A stretch of 61,391 bases of DNA, taken from IMG/VR virus record IMGVR_UViG_3300042866_000779, positions 1 through 61,391 of that record, one strand, 5' to 3'. Below, in pieces: positions 1 through 9,953 of the stretch. A program made the translations under genes and the position numbers. Origin of the DNA: a virus. Its lineage: Duplodnaviria; Caudoviricetes. Every line of letters begins with the position of its first letter. The first letter of the stretch is position 1. The notes beneath the pieces were generated by a model. It saw only the letters and a program-made list of their open reading frames with translations. It was not told the origin of the DNA and did not search any database.

Positions 1-127
1 TCCCTCTGGCTGGAACGTCCGGGGCTGTTGGGCCCGGGAGATTCCGGGTGGGAGGAACGTCAGGCGGCGGAAGGTTCCTGCCAGAAGGGGGCGGCGGAAC
101 ATCCGGCGGCGGCGATAGATTGCGACC
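1..127. repeat. Terminal direct repeat, copy 1 (identical to 61265-61391); circular-assembly overlap
   Basis: 127 bp exact match between the two ends; an ORF reads in frame across the join. Confidence 0.95.
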
Positions 128-217
128 GGGAGGTACAGACGGCGGGCCACTACCACCCGGAGTCATAGACGAAGGGCCGGTCAGCCATTTGAGTGCATTG
201 CGGATTTGCTGACTCAT
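1..217 (-). CDS. 5' part of a junction-spanning Pro-rich putative internal virion/ejection protein (join 217..1, 61264..60147; ~444 aa)
   Basis: ATG at 217 overlaps the stop of 214..2718 (ATGA). Reads MSQQIRNALKWLTG...PPPDVPPP...GAALAAGGGVLGYVIDA-MNGGGNQ in frame into ORF 60147..61187. Confidence 0.8.
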   Translation of the reverse strand, partial: MSQQIRNALKWLTGPSSMTPGGSGPPSVPPGRNLSPPPDVPPPPSGRNLPPPDVPPTRNLPGPTAPDVPARG

Positions 218-2718
218 CGGTTGTAGCTCTGAAGGATTTGGGTGTGGGGATTGACTCGCATCTCAAAGTTCTGGAGTGCCCGAATCCGATCCTCAGGCTT
301 GGCACCAAGGTCTTGACCCATCGGGCCACCGGGAGGTCCGTAGGGGACGTAGCCACCGGGACCATCAGGGCCACCACCCGGAGGGAACGGTGGGTCCATT
401 TGTCCCCCACCACCAGTCGGCGGTCCACCGTTGATCGGCGGCTCACCTCCCTGCCTCAGAAATTCGTAGCCCAAGATGCCGCCACCAACCACACCAGCCC
501 GCTTGGCCCACTTCTTCCAAGCTGGCTCTGGTGTCGGGGCGGGCTTCTTCACCTCAAACTCAACGTCGATTGGCTCGTTGTTGAGGTCGAGGTCCCTGTT
601 CCGGGGAGGCAGAATCTCGTCAGCATCAATGGGAGTGGCAGAGGCAGCCAGCTTGTTGGCTTGCAGGTCGGCCACCTCGGTCGGCTGCCGGGTCGGGATC
701 ACTGCCCCGGCGTTTGGGGTTACAGACCCGGTTTCAGGGTCGTTGGTACGCATGGAGTTGATGCCGCTCATGGAGTCGAGCCGCTCTGCCAGCCGCAGCC
801 GTCGCTGGAGGTCTTCAATCTGTGCGGCCTTCGCCGCCGCAGCACGGGTGCCCGGTGCCTCGGGCTCGTTGGATTCCATCAAGGCCCGTAACTGTTGGCG
901 AAGAACGGAGGACCGCTCAGTCTCGCCGCCAGCCCTCTGGAACATTCGCCGCTGTTGTAGGTCTGAGTCACTGACAACCCGGTTCTCCCGGTTGTAGGCA
1001 GCAAAGGGCTGTTTGTCCTGATACTCACCCGGCTTGTTGCCCGGAAGTTCCTTGGTCTTGGTCCGGCCCATGCCAGTGCGGTCACCAAGGTCACGGCCAC
1101 GGGCAAAGTTTGGCTCCACCTCTTCAGTCGAGATCGGTTCGCCGTCACCACCCACCCTCTGTTTGTGGAGGTCGGCAAGGTCATCGGCATCAACGTCCTC
1201 GCCAATCTCCATCCCGGGCTTGCCGGGAGCGACACGCGACTTCGGGGCGGGAGCCTCGCCACGCACGTTCGGAGTGCCAAGGCTGGGGACGTTGGCTGGG
1301 TCCTGACTGGTGGCAACACCTTCGCCAACACCACCAGCCGGGGCCGCAGGCTCACTCGTACCCGGGCGGGCACTGGGCTTGTAGTTTTCGCCCCAGCCTT
1401 GATGCCCGAAAATATCCTCAAACTTGCGGGCAAGGGAGGCAACAGCTTGCTCCTGCATGAGTGCCCGCTCGGCAGTCTTGGTGGAACGAACCGTGTCGCT
1501 CATGTTCTGCCGCATCATGCGACCGGCGGCAGCTTCAGTCATCTCGCCGGGGGGCGGCATATACATCCCCTGATTGCCAAGCCCCGGGCTGGTACGTTCC
1601 GTGATGAAATCGTCATCGTAGTTGTAGCTCTGCAACATCTCTGTCGCATCGGCCCGCTCACGGGCTGTGACCGGCGTGACGTTCAGACCCTCCTGATCCA
1701 CGCTCTCCACAAACGCACGGGCAAAGTCTTCAGCGGAGTTGAATTGCTGGTTGGGGTTGGCGAACTCCCCCTTCTTCACAAAGCTAAACGCCCGCAAGGC
1801 ATCGCTGTGGTCGGCAGGCCGGACGCTCGTAACGTGTCTCTTCATTTTGCTGCCGGTGTTGCCGGGAGCAAAGACGCTCGGGTTGTCTTGCTGGACATCC
1901 GCCGTGTCGTACATCAGCGGATCGTCTGCCCGCTTGCTGTCGATTACACCGTGAGCATTGCTGGTTTCCGCCATCCGGTGCATGAGGCGTGTGGCTTCTT
2001 GCTGCGGAGTCTGAGTGCCAGCGGACAGGGCTCGACCGGGCTTGCGATTGCCGGGGGTGTTGGCGGCATCGTCATAGATAGGGCCAACAGGCAGACCTTC
2101 TTTGGCACGTTCGATGGAACGCTTGGTCTGACCGTCGAGGTGGACGTTCTCATGCTTCACCCGGAAGCTGCCGTCCTTATTCTCCTTGATCTCTTCGTCG
2201 CTGCGGAATCCGGGCCGGTCATACAGTTGCCGTCCTTCCTCTGACTGCTTGTCAGGCCGGAAGGTCTTGGGTTCCATATCGGCTTCTGCACTCACCAAAT
2301 CAAGTCGCCTGCCACCGCCCGGGGTGACTGGCTTGTTGGTGATCCATGACGGGTCTGGGTCCACCTTGTTGAACACCGCATCAACGAGCATCTGGCCCTC
2401 GGGGGTCAGGCTGATTGCCTTGGACGGGGACTGTGGGTCGCGTGTCTCTCTGGCAATGGATGCCATGAGGTTGGCCTTGGCCCGGGGCGACAAGCCATCC
2501 ACGATCTGACGCAACTGGGAAAGGTCTTCGGGTGCGCCACTGTAGATGAGGTTACGAACCACGCTGATTGGCAGCCCATCGTCCGCGTTGTTCAGGGTTG
2601 TATTCGGGCTCTGGGCGAGGGGCTTGCGCAGAGCGACATCACCCGTCTTCAAGGACGGGGCATCGGGAGCGTTGGCTCCGCTGAGTGCCTTGAGTGATTT
2701 GCGGATTGTCTCGCTCAT
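214..2718 (-). CDS. Large low-complexity putative internal virion/ejection protein (834 aa)
   Basis: Long ORF downstream of tail genes; Gly/Pro-rich with a C-terminal hydrophobic AGVVGGGILGY segment; function inferred from position. Confidence 0.6.
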   Translation of the reverse strand: MSETIRKSLKALSGANAPDAPSLKTGDVALRKPLAQSPNTTLNNADDGLPISVVRNLIYSGAPEDLSQLRQIVDGLSPRAKANLMASIARETRDPQSPSKAISLTPEGQMLVDAVFNKVDPDPSWITNKPVTPGGGRRLDLVSAEADMEPKTFRPDKQSEEGRQLYDRPGFRSDEEIKENKDGSFRVKHENVHLDGQTKRSIERAKEGLPVGPIYDDAANTPGNRKPGRALSAGTQTPQQEATRLMHRMAETSNAHGVIDSKRADDPLMYDTADVQQDNPSVFAPGNTGSKMKRHVTSVRPADHSDALRAFSFVKKGEFANPNQQFNSAEDFARAFVESVDQEGLNVTPVTARERADATEMLQSYNYDDDFITERTSPGLGNQGMYMPPPGEMTEAAAGRMMRQNMSDTVRSTKTAERALMQEQAVASLARKFEDIFGHQGWGENYKPSARPGTSEPAAPAGGVGEGVATSQDPANVPSLGTPNVRGEAPAPKSRVAPGKPGMEIGEDVDADDLADLHKQRVGGDGEPISTEEVEPNFARGRDLGDRTGMGRTKTKELPGNKPGEYQDKQPFAAYNRENRVVSDSDLQQRRMFQRAGGETERSSVLRQQLRALMESNEPEAPGTRAAAAKAAQIEDLQRRLRLAERLDSMSGINSMRTNDPETGSVTPNAGAVIPTRQPTEVADLQANKLAASATPIDADEILPPRNRDLDLNNEPIDVEFEVKKPAPTPEPAWKKWAKRAGVVGGGILGYEFLRQGGEPPINGGPPTGGGGQMDPPFPPGGGPDGPGGYVPYGPPGGPMGQDLGAKPEDRIRALQNFEMRVNPHTQILQSYNR

Positions 2719-2993
2719 GCGTCTTCCTTCTTCTTCCGGCGGAATGGCAGGTCTTTCTCGTCACCCAGATCGTCCTTCATCACCTTCGGGGTCTTCGGCT
2801 TGCCGTTCTTGCTTTCCTTCAGGTCGGCAAGGGCATCGGACTCCTCTTCATCCTTCTCGGCGTGAGACTCCTTCTCCTCGTCCGTCTTCTTTGCGTAGGG
2901 AAGTTGGTTACGGACCAGACCATTCAGAACCTTCCGAAGCTGTTTCGGTGTGAGGTCATCCAGATCAAGGCCGCTAATCGCTTGGTGGCTCAT
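2715..2993 (-). CDS. Hypothetical charged protein
   Basis: AGGAG SD; stop/start overlap with the next gene. Confidence 0.7.
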   Translation of the reverse strand: MSHQAISGLDLDDLTPKQLRKVLNGLVRNQLPYAKKTDEEKESHAEKDEEESDALADLKESKNGKPKTPKVMKDDLGDEKDLPFRRKKKEDA

Positions 2994-3002
2994 CGAACTC
3001 TC

Positions 3003-3464
3003 CTAGGCAAGGCCCTTGCCCAACATGGCAAGACGCAGCCGCATCTGTGCCTGATTACGAGCGTTTGCAATCGACGCTCTGTTGGTTTGGTTGTTGAATC
3101 TGTATCCAAATCCTGCATCGTTCGCGTCAGACATCTGGCCGTAGTCAAAAGCCATAGCCCCCTGTCGGAGCATCTGGTTGTCGAACCTCGCCTGACTGTT
3201 GAACTGTTGATCTTCGGCCTCAATGCCAGCACCTTGCTGTCGGCCTGCGGCGTCGGCGGCAGCCTGTTGCTGGTTGGCGTACATGGCCTGACTGGCACCG
3301 GCAGAAAAGCCGCTGTTGCCAGTGTTCATGGTGTCGCGGGCTTCTGTCTGCCCCTTCTGCTTGGCACCGGCATAGACGTTGGCCTTCTGCGACTGGGTGG
3401 CAGCATCGGCAATCAGCTTGGGCTGGCCAATCCTGAAGCGGACGTTGTTGTCTGCGCTGTACAT
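3003..3464 (-). CDS. Q/A/N-rich putative ejection (pilot-like) protein
   Basis: Composition and position resemble podovirus ejection proteins. Confidence 0.55.
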   Translation of the reverse strand: MYSADNNVRFRIGQPKLIADAATQSQKANVYAGAKQKGQTEARDTMNTGNSGFSAGASQAMYANQQQAAADAAGRQQGAGIEAEDQQFNSQARFDNQMLRQGAMAFDYGQMSDANDAGFGYRFNNQTNRASIANARNQAQMRLRLAMLGKGLA

Positions 3465-3466
3465 GG

Positions 3467-3883
3467 CTACCCAATCATTCCGATAAGGCCGGTCTGCCAG
3501 TCGCTCTGCAACCCGATCTGTTGCTCAAGCAGCTTGGCAGCGAGGGAAGACTGTTGGTTACGCTGGCCCATCAACTGCTTGTAACGCCCCATCTGAGCCT
3601 GCCGCCATTGCTGGTGCATCTGCTCACCTTGCTGCATTTGCTGATTGCCCATCTGTGCGTTCGACTTTGAAATGTCTCGGTCAGCTTGGGCGGCACTGGA
3701 GAAAGCCATGCCCTTGGCGTAATCACTGACGGCCCGGTCCCCGGTGGCAGTGCCAGTGTTCGGGGTAAATGCAGACCCCTGAAGCAAGCTCTGCTTGATG
3801 GACCCAGCATTAATCCCCTGCCCATTGCTGGGCATCTTGGGGGCAGACGAGGTTGTGGGTGCTTGTGGTAGTGGCGACTTCAT
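3467..3883 (-). CDS. Q/M-rich putative ejection protein
   Basis: Composition; tight operon spacing. Confidence 0.55.
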   Translation of the reverse strand: MKSPLPQAPTTSSAPKMPSNGQGINAGSIKQSLLQGSAFTPNTGTATGDRAVSDYAKGMAFSSAAQADRDISKSNAQMGNQQMQQGEQMHQQWRQAQMGRYKQLMGQRNQQSSLAAKLLEQQIGLQSDWQTGLIGMIG

Positions 3884-3886
3884 GGA

Positions 3887-4489
3887 TTACCCCAGCATTG
3901 AGCGGGCTAGGGGGCTCTGGTACGGGTGCGGGGTGCGCTTGCCGTTTTGGATTCGGTAGCCACCCAAGCCTGCCATCCCCAAGAGCGAACGGTTGCGGGC
4001 CTGACGGGCTGCATCCTTCTGCTGGAAGCCACCACCGAATCCTTCCTGCGGTTCAGCCTGTGCCCGCTGGTTGGCACCCTGCTGCCGCAGGGACTCCATC
4101 TCGTATTCGTGTTGGCGGTCCCGCTCGTTCTCTGCCAGCTTCCTGCGGTTAGCCATCTCATTGCCAATGGCTGCGTTGGTGGCAGCGAACATACCCTGTT
4201 GGGCACCGAAGTGGGCGGCAGCTTGCGGGTGCATTGCGGGAGCCTCGGGTGCTATTTGCTTTGGGGCACGGGGGGCTTGCTGCTGGGCAGGGCGGGCCCC
4301 TTGGTTACGCTCCTTGGCAGCTTGCTGAACCATTCCCTGCTTAAAGGCAGCCGCCCCGCCCTGTTTCCAACGGGCATCCATATCCTCGTACATCATCTTC
4401 TGGGCTTCTTCGGGATCGTCCGAATACATATCAGGGGTTACACCCTGAGAGCGGAAGGCCAGACCGTAATTGAAGTTTGGGTATGCCAT
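3887..4489 (-). CDS. Q/A-rich putative ejection protein (likely start MAYPNF at 4489)
   Basis: ATG lies 4 nt after the CGGGACATAAATA motif. Confidence 0.6.
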   Translation of the reverse strand: MAYPNFNYGLAFRSQGVTPDMYSDDPEEAQKMMYEDMDARWKQGGAAAFKQGMVQQAAKERNQGARPAQQQAPRAPKQIAPEAPAMHPQAAAHFGAQQGMFAATNAAIGNEMANRRKLAENERDRQHEYEMESLRQQGANQRAQAEPQEGFGGGFQQKDAARQARNRSLLGMAGLGGYRIQNGKRTPHPYQSPLARSMLG

Positions 4490-4493
4490 ACCG

Positions 4494-4506
4494 TATTTAT
4501 GTCCCG
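4494..4506 (-). promoter_or_regulatory. Putative late promoter motif CGGGACATAAATA, copy 1
   Basis: Exact 13-mer seen three times, each upstream of a late gene. Confidence 0.6.
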
Positions 4507-4512
4507 CTCGAC

Positions 4513-4932
4513 TCAAACTGAAACGGTACTTTGGACTTTTCTCTCAGCCAGCCGGATTGCCAGCGTAACCAACCCCCTCCCGGCCATCCTGACAAACGGC
4601 AGTCCACGCTTCTTGGCTTCTTCCTCTAGCCAATCAACCACTGTATCCACGTTCTCCCTAGCCCATTGGCATCCCATCATGTCTATGTGGGCAGCCTTGG
4701 TGTTACAGGAACAGTCGGGTAATGCTTCGATGCCAATGCGGCTCAGAAGAGACTTGAGCATGGTCCCGGCTAGGCAGGTCTGGGGCTCACGCTCACGGGG
4801 GTAGCTTTCGTGAGTTTCGTCTATGGCCCAGAAGGGGCCGTCTTGGCTGACCACGCAAGGCATCACCTGTTCTAGGACGTAGCCACGCTCGTTGCAGCGG
4901 GCGATCAGGTGCTTCTTGTGGCAGGTAATCAC
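4513..4932 (-). CDS. Cys-containing hypothetical protein (tail-associated?)
   Basis: ORF with CSC motif in the tail operon; overlapping start/stop. Confidence 0.65.
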   Translation of the reverse strand: MITCHKKHLIARCNERGYVLEQVMPCVVSQDGPFWAIDETHESYPREREPQTCLAGTMLKSLLSRIGIEALPDCSCNTKAAHIDMMGCQWARENVDTVVDWLEEEAKKRGLPFVRMAGRGLVTLAIRLAERKVQSTVSV

Positions 4933-5342
4933 GGCAATGGGTTATCCCGGCTGGCTGGTTCAGCCTTGGGGCAGCCCAGAAAATACTGCCAAGCCGTGCC
5001 ATTAGGTCCGGTCACCGTGACCCTGACCTTCTTGACCCCCTGAGGTTTTCTGAATGTCAGGGTCCTCTGGCCGCTCACATCTCCGGTGTCAACGAACACC
5101 TGACCGTCAAGGGACTCAATCTTGTAGGCGTCAGGAATGGTGTAGGAGTTGTAGGTAAAGTCCACATCCCCTTCCCGGCTTGGCATTCCGTACTCGTTAA
5201 CCGTCACGCCCTGCCCGCCGGAACTGGCTGACGCTCCGCAGGGGGCCTCGCAGCAATCGCAGTCAGCCGGGTTCTCGGTGACCACAAACCTGCCGTTCTT
5301 CAGAAGGAGCTTGCCGTCCCGCTGGAGGAAGGTCTTGGCCAT
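4929..5342 (-). CDS. Cys-rich beta-domain hypothetical tail protein
   Basis: CDCCEAPC motif; operon context. Confidence 0.6.
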   Translation of the reverse strand: MAKTFLQRDGKLLLKNGRFVVTENPADCDCCEAPCGASASSGGQGVTVNEYGMPSREGDVDFTYNSYTIPDAYKIESLDGQVFVDTGDVSGQRTLTFRKPQGVKKVRVTVTGPNGTAWQYFLGCPKAEPASRDNPLP

Positions 5343-5971
5343 TACGGGCAGTCCTGCGGGGGCATGAAGACCTCAATGGCATCCAGCCTTCGGTCTAGTG
5401 CCTTGATGGTTTTCTCTGCCGTGTCGAGGCGGGCCTTGATCCTGCCCATCTCCTTGGCTTGCTGCTTGATAATGTTGCACAAGGAAGCCTGACCAAACCC
5501 CTGAAAGTTGTCGCACTTAGGCTCCTCGGCGGGCTTGTTCTCTAAGCCTTTGAGCCTCTTGAGAATGTCACTTAGAACCCGGGAATCGACCCCGGCACCT
5601 GCGGCCCCGGCAGCACCAGCTTCACCCGCAGCACCAGCCTCTCCCGCTGTCCCGTCTAATCCTGAGGTGCCGTCTGCCCCGGTGGCTCCGTCCACCCCTG
5701 AGTAACCAGACTGACCAGCGATGCCGTCCTTGCCAGCTTGGCCATCCTGAGCCGGTTGCTCGGGGGCACGAAAGTTGTTTTGGAACCTTCTGGATCGGGC
5801 GGTATTGGAGTCAATAACCCGCTCGTTGTCCGTGTTGCTGGTGCTACTGGAACTGGAGGATTCCGCTAAGGACAGGAGCCGCTGGCCAATGTCGTTGGCA
5901 TGACCGGCTGGGATTCCGCCCTGAGTGAGCAGTGCCGCGATCTCTTGCGCTGCCCGGGAGCTAATTGGCAT
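5342..5971 (-). CDS. Collagen-like (G-X-Y) plus coiled-coil protein
   Basis: GQAGKDGIAGQSG...GEAGAAGEAGAA repeats and C-terminal heptads. Confidence 0.75.
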   Translation of the reverse strand: MPISSRAAQEIAALLTQGGIPAGHANDIGQRLLSLAESSSSSSTSNTDNERVIDSNTARSRRFQNNFRAPEQPAQDGQAGKDGIAGQSGYSGVDGATGADGTSGLDGTAGEAGAAGEAGAAGAAGAGVDSRVLSDILKRLKGLENKPAEEPKCDNFQGFGQASLCNIIKQQAKEMGRIKARLDTAEKTIKALDRRLDAIEVFMPPQDCP

Positions 5972-8880
5972 CAGTCACCCCCGGCGGCAACCACACCCGC
6001 AATGTCAATGCTGTGAAGAACCACTGGCCCAGCGTCTGTTTGCTGTCCGTAGAGTCGGGCAGATACATGGGAGTCTGAGCCGTAGAAGTCAGTGATCGTT
6101 TTGCCTGAGAAAAGCGCACGGGCAACACCGTGGGACTCGGCCTCTTGGTGGGGCAGCTTGACCATATCCACTGTGGAGGCTGGTTCGTCAGTCTGGTGGA
6201 CGAATCCTACTCCTCTGTCCCGCATGGCCACGTTGGCACGGGGCACGTTGGACCCGTTGTAGAAGTTAGCCAGCTTCAGCACGGAGGTCGAGCCTGTTGG
6301 GCGGTAGACCACTGAGATGTTTCGGCTCCCTTGCTGTGCCCCGGTCTTGGATGTCTCGTCCGTTTCGTAGGAGAGGTTGCCAGTGCGGAATGAGTAATCA
6401 ATGGGGATGCCGTCATCGGTCAGGCCGGTAGAGAAGACATGGAGGTACTCTTCGCTTGCAGTGACGGTCTGGAGTGAGCCGTCGCTTGTCCTGACCTGAG
6501 TGGCAGACGAGAACGTATATGGGTATTGCTCCAGCCAAAAAGACTTGGAGTCTGGGTCATAGACAATCTGCCTAGTTGGGAACGTGCCTTCGTCCCCAGT
6601 GAAGCTGACATGGATACGGATAACCCCCTGATCCTTGTCAGCCCTGAGGAAGAACCACTCCCTTTTGGCAAAGTCGATGGTCGGCTGGCCCGGGTCGGTG
6701 TTGCTTCTGAACAGCGTGGAGATGGCAGCCGACAAGTCTTCGACCTGCCCCTGCGGATCAAGCGTGTAAATCCCGCAATCGTCCAGAACGTATGCCGTCC
6801 CAAGCCAGATGTCCCAGCACCTCTGATTCAGGCAGCCACGGTAGGCCACCAGCGAGGATGTTGCATCCAGTTCGGGCCGTTTGACGAAGTTCAGTCTGTG
6901 GCAATGCCGGGACTGCATCACCATCAGGGCTCCCGCATATGGGATAAGGGCCGTGATGTAGTCCGTGTCTCTCAGGTTGGTCTGAAGGACTAGCTCATTG
7001 ACTTCGGGAATGGCCTCGGGCTGGTCGGCCTCGGAGTACATGAGGGTGTTGGGCCGCTTTCCCGTGGTGTCTACACCTACGAACGTGCGGTCCTGAAAAA
7101 CCACCCCAACAGCCATGTCTGTCGGTGCCACACCAAAGCGATTGGCGTTGAGCCTGCCGTCCGAAAGCAGGATCGGCATACCTTCAAAGTCTGCTCGGTC
7201 GGCATTCGTCAGGTCATAGTCCGAAAGCGTGTCGGTGAATGAGTCCGATCCAATGGGCAGCTTGGCCACCCGGAAGAGCGTGATGGCCTGATTGCTGGTG
7301 GATCGCCATAGCTCCACATGAGTGGCCTGTGCAGCGGAGGGGATGTTGCTCCAAGCAATCTGCTTGGCACAGTCGCCGCAATCCACTTCGTTGACCGGGG
7401 ACAGGTCTGAATAGAGCGGCCCGCCTTGCTCTTTGGTCAGGCTCTCGTCCACAAATCTGTAGAAGCACTGGTATTTGCCACGGAAGTTAGGCCGGACGAT
7501 AGCCAGTGCCGTAGCCCCACCCACATCTCCGCTGGTGTCTATCAGCTTGGGGGGAAACAGATAGAGCTTGTTGGGCTGGGCCAGCTTGAGCTTGGTGACC
7601 CGCCCCTCGCAGTCCACCTCGGTGTTGATTATGTCGCCGTCTTCGGTCTGGAAGATGGGCGGGGTGAGGTAGCCAGAGCCGCCCTTGGTTACGGTTGTCT
7701 TGATCTTTCTTTGCTTGTAGGGGCTGGCGTCGATAATAGTGAGCTTGTCTGGGGCCTTGGCGTTGTAGAGCGTGATCCCTTCGGCAACCACTTGGCACTG
7801 CTGCGGCGGCAGGTCGCAGCGGGGGCCATTAAACCCAGCCCCGGCCTGAAACGCACTGGCTGTCTTGATCGTTGCCTTCACCACATCGTCTGGCTTATAG
7901 CCCTGCCCAAAGTCGTAGACCTGAACCCGCACCCCAAAGCCGTCGAGGTCAGTGCCATCAGAGTTTTGCTTGTAGCAGTTGCCGTCGTAGAGGCCGTCAA
8001 TCCAGAAGATGGCCTTAGCACCAGTCCCAGAGCCACCTACGGCAGGCACGATGATGCCCTTGCCTTCCCGGGCATACTCATTAAGGCAGAGCCAGAACCA
8101 TGTCGGTAGCTGCGAAATCTCCCAGTACACGATTCCTGTCTCTGGGTCACCCTTGGCCGCACCAGTCTCTAGCTCTATTGCCGCAGCCGCCCCTGTCCCC
8201 GTAGCTGGGCCATTGGGGGTGTCAGTGAGCTTGACGCAGGGGGCTTTCGTGTAGCCAGACCCACCGTCTGTGACCTCTATCTCAGAGACTTGGGCATCGG
8301 CAATGCGGCTGATTGCCTTGGCCTGCCTGCCCCCAACACCGGGCTCTCCAATGTAGACAGAGGGCGGGATGTTGTACCCATTGCCAGAGTCAATGATGTC
8401 GATGCGGGCGATGTAGTAGGACTGAGTGGAGTCGATAACGATGGTCGGCTTGGTCTTGGGGGCATCCAGCCCAACTGGCCGTACCTTGCCATCGGAGGTG
8501 CGGACCAGCCCTCGCTTGCCATAGCCTTGATAGACGTAGACTTCCCCTCGCCTGCCTTGAGCAAACGAGACAGGGTGCTGACCGGAGAACTGCCCCTTGT
8601 AGATGATGCTGTTGGTAGCCGTGCCGCCTATGCCGCTGACCTCGACAATGTTCCCGTCATCGTCTTGGCCAAGGATTTTGTCGGTCTGGCCTGAGCCAAC
8701 CGAATAGCCCCACATTTCAATAAGACGGTCGGGGGTGTTGGCGATCTTCTTGGAGCCGCCCCGAACAGTGAGTTGGCCGGGGGTCAGGCAGGTCATGTTG
8801 ACTTGCTCAACAGCCCCACCCGGCGGGAGAAGGTAGCGGGAGAAAGCCGGGACCCAGCCCTTGAATTGATTGATCTTCAC
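5971..8880 (-). CDS. Putative tail nozzle/stabilisation protein (P22 gp10 or T7 gp12 position) with inserted GxGY repeats
   Basis: ~970 aa following the adaptor gene; beta-propeller-like segments (LMYSEADQPE, ITALIPY, RGCLNQRC); GTG start overlaps the upstream stop. Confidence 0.6.
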   Translation of the reverse strand: MKINQFKGWVPAFSRYLLPPGGAVEQVNMTCLTPGQLTVRGGSKKIANTPDRLIEMWGYSVGSGQTDKILGQDDDGNIVEVSGIGGTATNSIIYKGQFSGQHPVSFAQGRRGEVYVYQGYGKRGLVRTSDGKVRPVGLDAPKTKPTIVIDSTQSYYIARIDIIDSGNGYNIPPSVYIGEPGVGGRQAKAISRIADAQVSEIEVTDGGSGYTKAPCVKLTDTPNGPATGTGAAAAIELETGAAKGDPETGIVYWEISQLPTWFWLCLNEYAREGKGIIVPAVGGSGTGAKAIFWIDGLYDGNCYKQNSDGTDLDGFGVRVQVYDFGQGYKPDDVVKATIKTASAFQAGAGFNGPRCDLPPQQCQVVAEGITLYNAKAPDKLTIIDASPYKQRKIKTTVTKGGSGYLTPPIFQTEDGDIINTEVDCEGRVTKLKLAQPNKLYLFPPKLIDTSGDVGGATALAIVRPNFRGKYQCFYRFVDESLTKEQGGPLYSDLSPVNEVDCGDCAKQIAWSNIPSAAQATHVELWRSTSNQAITLFRVAKLPIGSDSFTDTLSDYDLTNADRADFEGMPILLSDGRLNANRFGVAPTDMAVGVVFQDRTFVGVDTTGKRPNTLMYSEADQPEAIPEVNELVLQTNLRDTDYITALIPYAGALMVMQSRHCHRLNFVKRPELDATSSLVAYRGCLNQRCWDIWLGTAYVLDDCGIYTLDPQGQVEDLSAAISTLFRSNTDPGQPTIDFAKREWFFLRADKDQGVIRIHVSFTGDEGTFPTRQIVYDPDSKSFWLEQYPYTFSSATQVRTSDGSLQTVTASEEYLHVFSTGLTDDGIPIDYSFRTGNLSYETDETSKTGAQQGSRNISVVYRPTGSTSVLKLANFYNGSNVPRANVAMRDRGVGFVHQTDEPASTVDMVKLPHQEAESHGVARALFSGKTITDFYGSDSHVSARLYGQQTDAGPVVLHSIDIAGVVAAGGD

Positions 8881-9944
8881 TGGATGGGATTCCCGCAAGA
8901 GTCGTATACAGTGTCGGCGTTACCGCCAAACACATCAGCGGGCACGGGGCAGGTTCCAGAAGCATTGGGGCCACCAAAGGGCCGGTTAGGCACACCCTGA
9001 TCCACTCCCGGTCGGAGATACCAAAGGGCGGTGTAACCACCCCCGGCACCAGTCCCTCCGTTATCCCTTCTTCCAGAGAGAGGGGCCACAGCATCAGACT
9101 CAAAGGCCATTCGGAGATCACGGCCGTAGATGCCTGTTGCTCCTTCAATGTTTTTACCCATCAGCCTAGCCAGCCAGACTTCTGCACCTGACAACAAGGC
9201 CGTGTACATCCCGGGCGACAGATCAAGGTAGTCGGTGATGACGTACTTGGTGCCCGCCGGGTACTTCATTAACCCCGCTGGACTGCGGGCATAGAGTGAA
9301 ACTCCGTTGTTCACCCCGTAGATCAGGCCCTCGTCTGAGTAGGCATTCATGCCGGTCAAGGGCTCAGGGTGTCGCTTGGGGTCTGCGCTGACTCGGAGGA
9401 CTGAGCCCACCATCAGGTTAGTGAAAGTGGTGTCATCACCTACCACATCCACTCCATTCCAAGAGATCGTGCCGCCCCGGGTCTGGGGCTCCCAGCCGGT
9501 GTAGCGGAGGTCCCTCGGTCGGCGGCGGTAGCTGACAGTCACGCAGGTGTCACTGGCCCAGCCGTTGTAGATGCACAGATCGAACCTGTCCGGCACCAAG
9601 ATCGAAGGCAGGATGGTCCAAGCGATCCGGGTGAATCCCCGGAACTCGGATTGGATCAGTCGGCCCCACTCGGTCGGCCTGAGATACTCTGCCACGATCC
9701 CCGTCTGCGGAAGCATGAAGGCATCTACGGACTGGACTCCCCACGGCAAGGCATGGCGGGAGATGGTGTTCTGGCCGCAGAGGTGAATCTCCTCTTCAGC
9801 CTGATACCACCGCCAATCCCTGACGGCAATCAGGTCGCGGTAGGCATGGAATACAGACTGGCGAAGTACACGATGCTCTTGGTCCTGAGCCCCGCCGCCC
9901 ACGGAGTCCATCAGGTACTGCACTGCTTCTAAGGCCGTATACAT
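8877..9944 (-). CDS. Putative head-tail adaptor/tail tubular protein
   Basis: Helical N-terminus with AYRDLIAVRDWRW, typical of adaptors; position before the nozzle gene. Confidence 0.55.
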   Translation of the reverse strand: MYTALEAVQYLMDSVGGGAQDQEHRVLRQSVFHAYRDLIAVRDWRWYQAEEEIHLCGQNTISRHALPWGVQSVDAFMLPQTGIVAEYLRPTEWGRLIQSEFRGFTRIAWTILPSILVPDRFDLCIYNGWASDTCVTVSYRRRPRDLRYTGWEPQTRGGTISWNGVDVVGDDTTFTNLMVGSVLRVSADPKRHPEPLTGMNAYSDEGLIYGVNNGVSLYARSPAGLMKYPAGTKYVITDYLDLSPGMYTALLSGAEVWLARLMGKNIEGATGIYGRDLRMAFESDAVAPLSGRRDNGGTGAGGGYTALWYLRPGVDQGVPNRPFGGPNASGTCPVPADVFGGNADTVYDSCGNPIQ

Positions 9945-9953
9945 GAAATCCCC

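Noticed and set aside
1-127. 127-bp terminal repeat as a biological DTR
   Set aside because: Length equals a common assembler k-mer and it falls inside a gene; most likely circular-assembly overlap
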